From the NCBI GenBank assembly GCA_964291415.2, contig OZ219918.1, positions 1,120,001 through 1,184,000 on the forward strand: a stretch of 64,000 nucleotides of DNA. Direction: 5' to 3'. The position numbers and the translations under genes are program-made. The notes beneath the pieces were generated by a model. That model was not told where the DNA came from. It saw only the letters and a program-made list of their open reading frames with translations, and did no database searches. Numbering within the stretch: position 1 is the stretch's first letter; the number at the start of each line of letters is the position of its first letter. Shown one piece after another: positions 58,893-64,000 of this stretch. The DNA is from Alphaproteobacteria bacterium (GTDB lineage: Bacteria > Pseudomonadota > Alphaproteobacteria > SP197).

Positions 58893-59654
58893 TCAGGCGG
58901 CGGTCAGGCCGCCGTCGATGACGAATTCGGCGCCAGTCACGAATCGGCTTTCGGCGCTGGCGAGATAGAGAATCATGTCAGCCACTTCGCTCGCCTGGCC
59001 GAGGCGTCCGAGAGGGATCTGCGCCTCGAGTTTCCTGCGGGTGGTCTCCGGGTCGCGGCTGCGCTGGATGAGCGCCTCCACCATCGGTGTTTCGATGAAC
59101 GCCGGATGCACCGAATTGCAGCGGATGTCGTAGCGCCTGCGGGCGCAGTGCAGAGCAACGGACTTGGTGAGCAGGCGCACGGCGCCCTTGCTCGCATTGT
59201 AGGCAGCAAGATTGTGGCCACCGACAAGACCGGAAACCGAAGAGAGATTGACGATCGATCCGCCGCCGGACTGTTTCATGGCGATGACCGCGTGCTTGCA
59301 CCCGAGGAATGTCCCGTCGGCGTTGACGGCCATGACCCGGCGCCAGTCCTCGAGTGTCGTCTCCTCGACATTGGTGGAGCGGCCCGTTCCGGCGCTGTTG
59401 ACGAGAACCGAAATCGGCCCGTTGGCGTTCCCGGCTTCGGCGATAGCCGCCGTCCACGAGGCCTCGCATGTCACGTCATGATGGATGGTCAACACGGACG
59501 ATCCCAGGGGGTCGGCGGCTGCGGCCAGCCCCGCCTCGTCGATGTCGCTCATCGCCACCCGGGCGCCCTCCTCGAGGAGGCGGTGAACGGTCAACAATCC
59601 GATCCCGGAGGCGGCGCCGGTGACCAGCGCCGACGTTCCTGTGAACCGTCCCAT
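58893..59654 (-). CDS. SDR family oxidoreductase (cyclopentanol/3-beta-HSD-like)
   Basis: TGAASGIG, YNASK and RCNSVHP. Confidence 0.92.
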   Translation of the reverse strand: MGRFTGTSALVTGAASGIGLLTVHRLLEEGARVAMSDIDEAGLAAAADPLGSSVLTIHHDVTCEASWTAAIAEAGNANGPISVLVNSAGTGRSTNVEETTLEDWRRVMAVNADGTFLGCKHAVIAMKQSGGGSIVNLSSVSGLVGGHNLAAYNASKGAVRLLTKSVALHCARRRYDIRCNSVHPAFIETPMVEALIQRSRDPETTRRKLEAQIPLGRLGQASEVADMILYLASAESRFVTGAEFVIDGGLTAA

Positions 59655-59793
59655 GATCCTTCAAGCTCCATGCCGCCACAGGCAAAGACGATAGGCGAGG
59701 CCGCGGTAGCGCGGCAACCATCGAGCGTTGCAGCGGCTGCTTCCTGGGCGCACCATGTTCCTTCTGGAGACGGAAAATATGGAGAGCAGACCC

Positions 59794-60552
59794 ATGGCGC
59801 GCGGCATCGATGACAAGGTGGCCCTTGTGACCGGGGGCGGATCGGGGATTGGCGAGGCGACGGCGCAGCGTCTGGCCGCAGAGGGCGCCAGGGTGTTCAT
59901 TGTCGGACGCCGCCAGGAGCGACTCTCGGCTGTCATTGACCGTATCACGGCAGGGGGCGGCACCGCCCATGGCTGCCCTGTCGATCTTTCGACGAGAGCC
60001 GGCGGTGACGAGGCGGTCGTCGCGGCGGTCGAATGGGGAGGCCGGCTCGACATTCTCGTCAACGCCGCCGGAACCTTTCCGGCGACGCCCGTCGACGGTC
60101 TCGAAGATGGCGACTGGGAGGATGCGCTTGCCATCAATCTTGGCGCCGTCATGAGGACGTCGCGCGCCGCCGCACGAGCGATGGCCGGGAGCGGTGGAGC
60201 CATTGTCAACATCTCATCGGTCAACGCCGTCATGGGGGACAAGGTCTCGGTCTGCAGCGCCTACAGCGCCGCCAAGTCGGGGCAACTGGGCCTCACCATG
60301 CAGTTCGCCGCCGAACTAGCGCCCGCCATCCGGGTGAACGCCATCCTGCCCGGACCGGTGAAGACGCCGATGCTGGAGGGGTGGCTCGACGATCCCGAGG
60401 AACGCCGCGCCTGGCTGGAGCGCTTCGTTCCCCTCAACCGCGAGGGACATCCAGAGGAGATTGCCGGCGCCGTTGCCTTTCTCGTTTCGAATGACGGCTC
60501 CTACATCACCGGCGCCGTCCTGCCCGTCGACGGGGGCATGACCATTGTCTGA
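59794..60552 (+). CDS. SDR family oxidoreductase
   Basis: TGGGSGIG, VGRR (NADP-type) and YSAAK. Confidence 0.92.
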   Translation: MARGIDDKVALVTGGGSGIGEATAQRLAAEGARVFIVGRRQERLSAVIDRITAGGGTAHGCPVDLSTRAGGDEAVVAAVEWGGRLDILVNAAGTFPATPVDGLEDGDWEDALAINLGAVMRTSRAAARAMAGSGGAIVNISSVNAVMGDKVSVCSAYSAAKSGQLGLTMQFAAELAPAIRVNAILPGPVKTPMLEGWLDDPEERRAWLERFVPLNREGHPEEIAGAVAFLVSNDGSYITGAVLPVDGGMTIV

Positions 60553-61225
60553 TGTCGGCACGGAACGCCTTGTGCGTGATGATCTGGTAGCCGCTGGAGC
60601 GCCGTGGTCCGGCATTGTCCGTCGCGGCGAAGTGCTGCGCATCATCGATCTCGAGGGACGCCAGGGCGTCGATTTCCTGTGCTACAACGCCGCCGATCCC
60701 GCGGAGCGTTATCACGCGCCCAACACCGTCAAGAAGAGCGGAACGCTGCGGCTGACCCGGGGCCATGTGCTCTATTCCGATCGGGCACGACCACTCTTCA
60801 CCATCATTGCCGACACCTGCGGCTTTCATGACACGATCGCCGGCTGCTGCAGCGAACCCTCCAACGCGATGCTCTATGGCGTCACCGGCATGCCGGGATG
60901 CCGCGAGAACTTTCTGAAAGCGCTGGCGTCCCATGGCCTGGGTTGGCGGGACATCGTCTCCAACGTGAACTTCTTCTGCCACGTTCCTGTCCGCGACGAG
61001 TTCCTGCTGGCGGAACGCACGTTTGTCGACAGTCCGTCCGCGCCAGGCGACCGGGTCGACCTCCGGGCCGAGCGGGATGCTCTCGCCGTCATCTCCAACT
61101 GTCCGCAAGTCAACAACATGGCGGCCGGCGGCCGGCCAACACCGATACGCGTCCGGATCATCGCTTGCCGACAGGGCGATGAAAGGCATCATGACGAAGC
61201 GGAACCGCTCGGGAGTGAGCCATGA
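60545..61225 (+). CDS. DUF1989 urea-carboxylase-associated protein (carboxyguanidine deiminase subunit-like)
   Basis: LRIIDLEG.QGVDF, DTCGFHDTIAGCCS, CRENF, NVNFF and ISNCPQ. Confidence 0.88.
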   Translation: MSDVGTERLVRDDLVAAGAPWSGIVRRGEVLRIIDLEGRQGVDFLCYNAADPAERYHAPNTVKKSGTLRLTRGHVLYSDRARPLFTIIADTCGFHDTIAGCCSEPSNAMLYGVTGMPGCRENFLKALASHGLGWRDIVSNVNFFCHVPVRDEFLLAERTFVDSPSAPGDRVDLRAERDALAVISNCPQVNNMAAGGRPTPIRVRIIACRQGDERHHDEAEPLGSEP

Positions 61226-62004
61226 CCTTCCAGATTGCCGACACCTGGTTCGAGCGCCGACGGATCGATGACGACATCACGCTGGTCTTCGAGCCCCATG
61301 TCGACCCCCTCGGCCGTTGCAACATCTGGCACGTCCGGGGATCCGAAGCGGACCTCCTTGTCGATACGGGCATGGGCATCGCCGAACTCAAGCCGGCGAT
61401 TGCGGATCTCTTCGGTCACGCCGTCGTTGCCTTTGCCACGCACACGCACTTCGACCACGTCGGTAGCCTCCACGAGTTTTCCCAACGCGTGGTATCGCGC
61501 CAGGAGGCCGCCCTCATGGAGGATGGCGACAACCGCTTCTCCCTCTTCAGGGAAGACATGGAACCGGAGGTCGTGGAATGCCTGGAGAATGCGGGCTACG
61601 CGCTTCCGGAGTGCCTCATCGATGCGCTTCCCCATGCCGGTTACGACGCCAGGGCCTACCGGGTCGAACCGGCGCGGGCAACCCGTATCGTCGATGAGGG
61701 AGACGTGGTCTCCATCGGCAACCGGCACTTCGAGGTGCTGCACCTTCCAGGTCATTCGCCTGGCAGTGTCGGCTTGTGGGAAGAGCAGACGGGGACGCTG
61801 TTTTCCGGCGATGCGGTCTATGACGGACCGCTTCTTGACCAGCTGCCGGAATCCGATGTGACCGCCTACTGCCGGACCATGGAGCGACTGATGACACTGC
61901 CTGTGACGGTCGTTCATGCGGGGCATGAACCGAGCTTTGGCAGGGAACGTCTCGTCGAACTGACCCGCGCCTATCTCGACTCGCGGATGCACCGGGGAGC
62001 GTGA
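61222..62004 (+). CDS. MBL-fold metallo-hydrolase
   Basis: THTHFDHVG, PGHSPG, FSGD and AGH. Confidence 0.92.
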   Translation: MTFQIADTWFERRRIDDDITLVFEPHVDPLGRCNIWHVRGSEADLLVDTGMGIAELKPAIADLFGHAVVAFATHTHFDHVGSLHEFSQRVVSRQEAALMEDGDNRFSLFREDMEPEVVECLENAGYALPECLIDALPHAGYDARAYRVEPARATRIVDEGDVVSIGNRHFEVLHLPGHSPGSVGLWEEQTGTLFSGDAVYDGPLLDQLPESDVTAYCRTMERLMTLPVTVVHAGHEPSFGRERLVELTRAYLDSRMHRGA

Positions 62005-63659
62005 CGGCCATGGACGACTACTTCGACCTCGGCGCACTCCACATGCCGGTCACCACAACGTCGCCGCAGGCCCAGACCTGGTTCGACCGCGGTCTTGCCT
62101 GGTGCTACGGCTTCAATCACGAGGAGGCGGTCCACTGCTTCCGCCAGGCGCTTGAACACGACTCCGACTGCGCCATGGCGCACTGGGGCGTCGCCTTTGC
62201 CAGTGGCCCGAACTACAACAAGTTGTGGGTGGATTTCGGTGACGCCGAACGCGAGGAGTGCATGGCCGTGGCCCGCGAGGAGAGCCGCAAGGCGCTTGCG
62301 TGCCTGGCCGGAGCGGGCGATGTCGAACAAGGACTCGCAGGCGCGCTCGTGGCGCGGTTTCCCGATGATCCTGCAGACGACTGGCCGTCCTGGGACGATG
62401 CCTATGCCGCGGCCATGCGCCAGGTCCACGACCTGCACCCGGACCACCCGGATGTCTGTGCCCTCTTCGCCGATGCCCTGATGAACCGCACTCCCTGGAA
62501 ACTCTGGGACATCGAAACCGGTGAACCGGTGGCAGGATCCGACACCCTGGAAGCCATTGATGTGCTCGAGACGGCGTTGTCGGCGATTGACGGCGCCTGG
62601 AGTCATCCGGGGATCCTCCACATGCACGTCCATGTGATGGAGATGTCGCCGCATCCGGAAAGGGCTCTCAAGACCGCTGACGCCCTCTATGGCCTCATGC
62701 CGGATTCAGGCCACCTCAACCACATGCCGACCCATATCGACGTGCTGTGCGGCGACTACCAGAATGTGGTCGAGCGCAACCAGCGGGCGATCGTCTCCAA
62801 TCGCGCCTTTGTCGAGCGCCGCGGCGTCTTCAACTTCTATTCGGGCTACCGCGCCCACGACTATCATTTCAAGGCCTATGGAGCGATGTTCCTGGGCCAA
62901 TTCCGTCCGGCGATCGAGGCGGCGGAAGAGATGGTCTCGACCCTGCCTGCGGAACTTCTCGCCTCGGGCGATCCCCCCCTTGCCGACTGGCTGGAGGGAT
63001 ATGTTCCGGTGAGGCAGCACGTACTCATCCGCTTCGGGCGCTGGCAGGACATTCTCGACGATCCCCTGCCTGACGATCAGGATCTCTACTGCGTCACCAC
63101 CGCGACCATGCACTATGCTCGCGGTGTGGCCTGTTCGGCCACGGGCCGGGTCGATGAGGCGGAGATCGAGCAGCAGCGGTTTCTCGAGGCGCGGGACCGT
63201 GTGCCTGAGACACGCAAGCTGTTTCACAACACCTGCCTGAGCATTCTCCAGGTGGCCGGCGAAATGCTCTGCGGTGAGCTCGAATACCGCAAGGGCAAGG
63301 TCGATGCGGCCTTTGACCACCTCAGGCGATCCGTCGCTCTCGACGACACCCTCGAGTACGATGAACCGTGGGCATGGATGCAGCCCACCCGCCATGCCCT
63401 GGGTGCGCTGCTGCTCGAACAGGGCCGGATGGACGAGGCCGAGGCGATCTATCGCGCCGATCTCGGTCTCGACGACAACCTGCGCCGTGCGTGCCAGCAT
63501 CCCGACAACGTGTGGAGCCTGCACGGCCTCCACGAGTGCCTGTCACGCCGCGGCGAAACCGTCGAGATCCGCCACGTCAGGAGACGTCTCGATCGCGCCA
63601 TGGCCCGCGCCGATGTCGACATCAGGGCCTCCTGCTACTGCCGCCTGAACGGTTCCTGA
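62001..63659 (+). CDS. TPR-like helical repeat protein with a His-rich core
   Basis: AQTWFDRGL...FNHEEA...AMAHWG; HPGILHMHVH and GHLNHMPTH; YDEP; helical repeats. Confidence 0.8.
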   Translation: MTAMDDYFDLGALHMPVTTTSPQAQTWFDRGLAWCYGFNHEEAVHCFRQALEHDSDCAMAHWGVAFASGPNYNKLWVDFGDAEREECMAVAREESRKALACLAGAGDVEQGLAGALVARFPDDPADDWPSWDDAYAAAMRQVHDLHPDHPDVCALFADALMNRTPWKLWDIETGEPVAGSDTLEAIDVLETALSAIDGAWSHPGILHMHVHVMEMSPHPERALKTADALYGLMPDSGHLNHMPTHIDVLCGDYQNVVERNQRAIVSNRAFVERRGVFNFYSGYRAHDYHFKAYGAMFLGQFRPAIEAAEEMVSTLPAELLASGDPPLADWLEGYVPVRQHVLIRFGRWQDILDDPLPDDQDLYCVTTATMHYARGVACSATGRVDEAEIEQQRFLEARDRVPETRKLFHNTCLSILQVAGEMLCGELEYRKGKVDAAFDHLRRSVALDDTLEYDEPWAWMQPTRHALGALLLEQGRMDEAEAIYRADLGLDDNLRRACQHPDNVWSLHGLHECLSRRGETVEIRHVRRRLDRAMARADVDIRASCYCRLNGS

Positions 63660-63743
63660 TCTCCGCGGCAAGGTTCGTACGCGCCGGATACCCCGGGAAG
63701 GCTCTGGCGCGCAGCGACACTCCAGGCGTGGCGGGGGAACGGG

Positions 63744-64000
63744 TCAGGCGACAGAGTCGATCCGCAGCCCGGTGTGCCGCGCCAGCACGTCGAAATCGCG
63801 ATCGCTGTGGAGCACCGCTACACCCGCGCGAATGGCAACCGAGCCGATAAGGCAGTCGATCAGTCTGCGAACGGTCTCTCCCTCGCGACGGCAGGCACGA
63901 TACAGCGCAGCCGCCTCATCGTAGTCGGCGGGATTGGTTGGGAGATGGATTGTCCGTGCGAGCAGCCCGCGCAGGCTGCTCAGGTGGCGTTGGTCCCGGG
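63744..64000 (-). CDS. vapC: PIN-domain VapC toxin (5' end outside the window)
   Basis: Minus-strand translation ...DYDEAAALYRACRREGETVRRLIDCLIGSVAIRAGVAVLHSDRDFDVLARHTGL...; not in the ORF track. Confidence 0.85.
   Translation of the reverse strand, partial: RDQRHLSSLRGLLARTIHLPTNPADYDEAAALYRACRREGETVRRLIDCLIGSVAIRAGVAVLHSDRDFDVLARHTGLRIDSVA

Noticed and set aside
59655-59793. Guanidine riboswitch upstream of the DUF1989 operon (also sought before the ABC and urease genes)
   Set aside because: I saw no twin ACGR-loop hairpins or guanidine-I/III consensus by eye; an Rfam scan is needed to be certain.

Overview
A high-GC, gene-dense window, probably from an alphaproteobacterium (pepA-holC pair, TRAP and Mrp systems; a marine or host-associated lifestyle is my inference). 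It holds about 60 CDSs, and I saw no rRNA, tRNA or CRISPR array. Most genes break down nitrogen-rich small molecules: a TMADH-like flavoprotein, an AruI-like decarboxylase with an amidinotransferase, an agmatinase-family enzyme with LysR, an ABC importer and two SDRs, an IclR/GMC oxidoreductase/TRAP module, hydantoinase A/B, three Fe/2-oxoglutarate dioxygenases, six SDRs and a lone DUF1989 gene. Also present are a ten-gene Mrp antiporter operon, coxG-coxS-coxM without coxL, two nuclease genes (NERD-SF1 helicase and a Cas4-like DUF2779 protein) and a partial VapC. The best candidates for new biology are: (1) a urease-like two-gene module with no accessory genes, intact metal ligands and a rebuilt substrate loop; (2) an inositol-monophosphatase/ADP-ribosylglycohydrolase fusion whose 5' end is duplicated on the other side of a tauD gene; (3) a divergent KARI paralogue heading a hydantoinase operon; (4) a perfect 46-bp palindrome and a multi-hairpin leader before the ABC operon; (5) an SDR-DUF1989-MBL-His-rich TPR operon. 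All calls come from reading motifs by eye; no searches were run.
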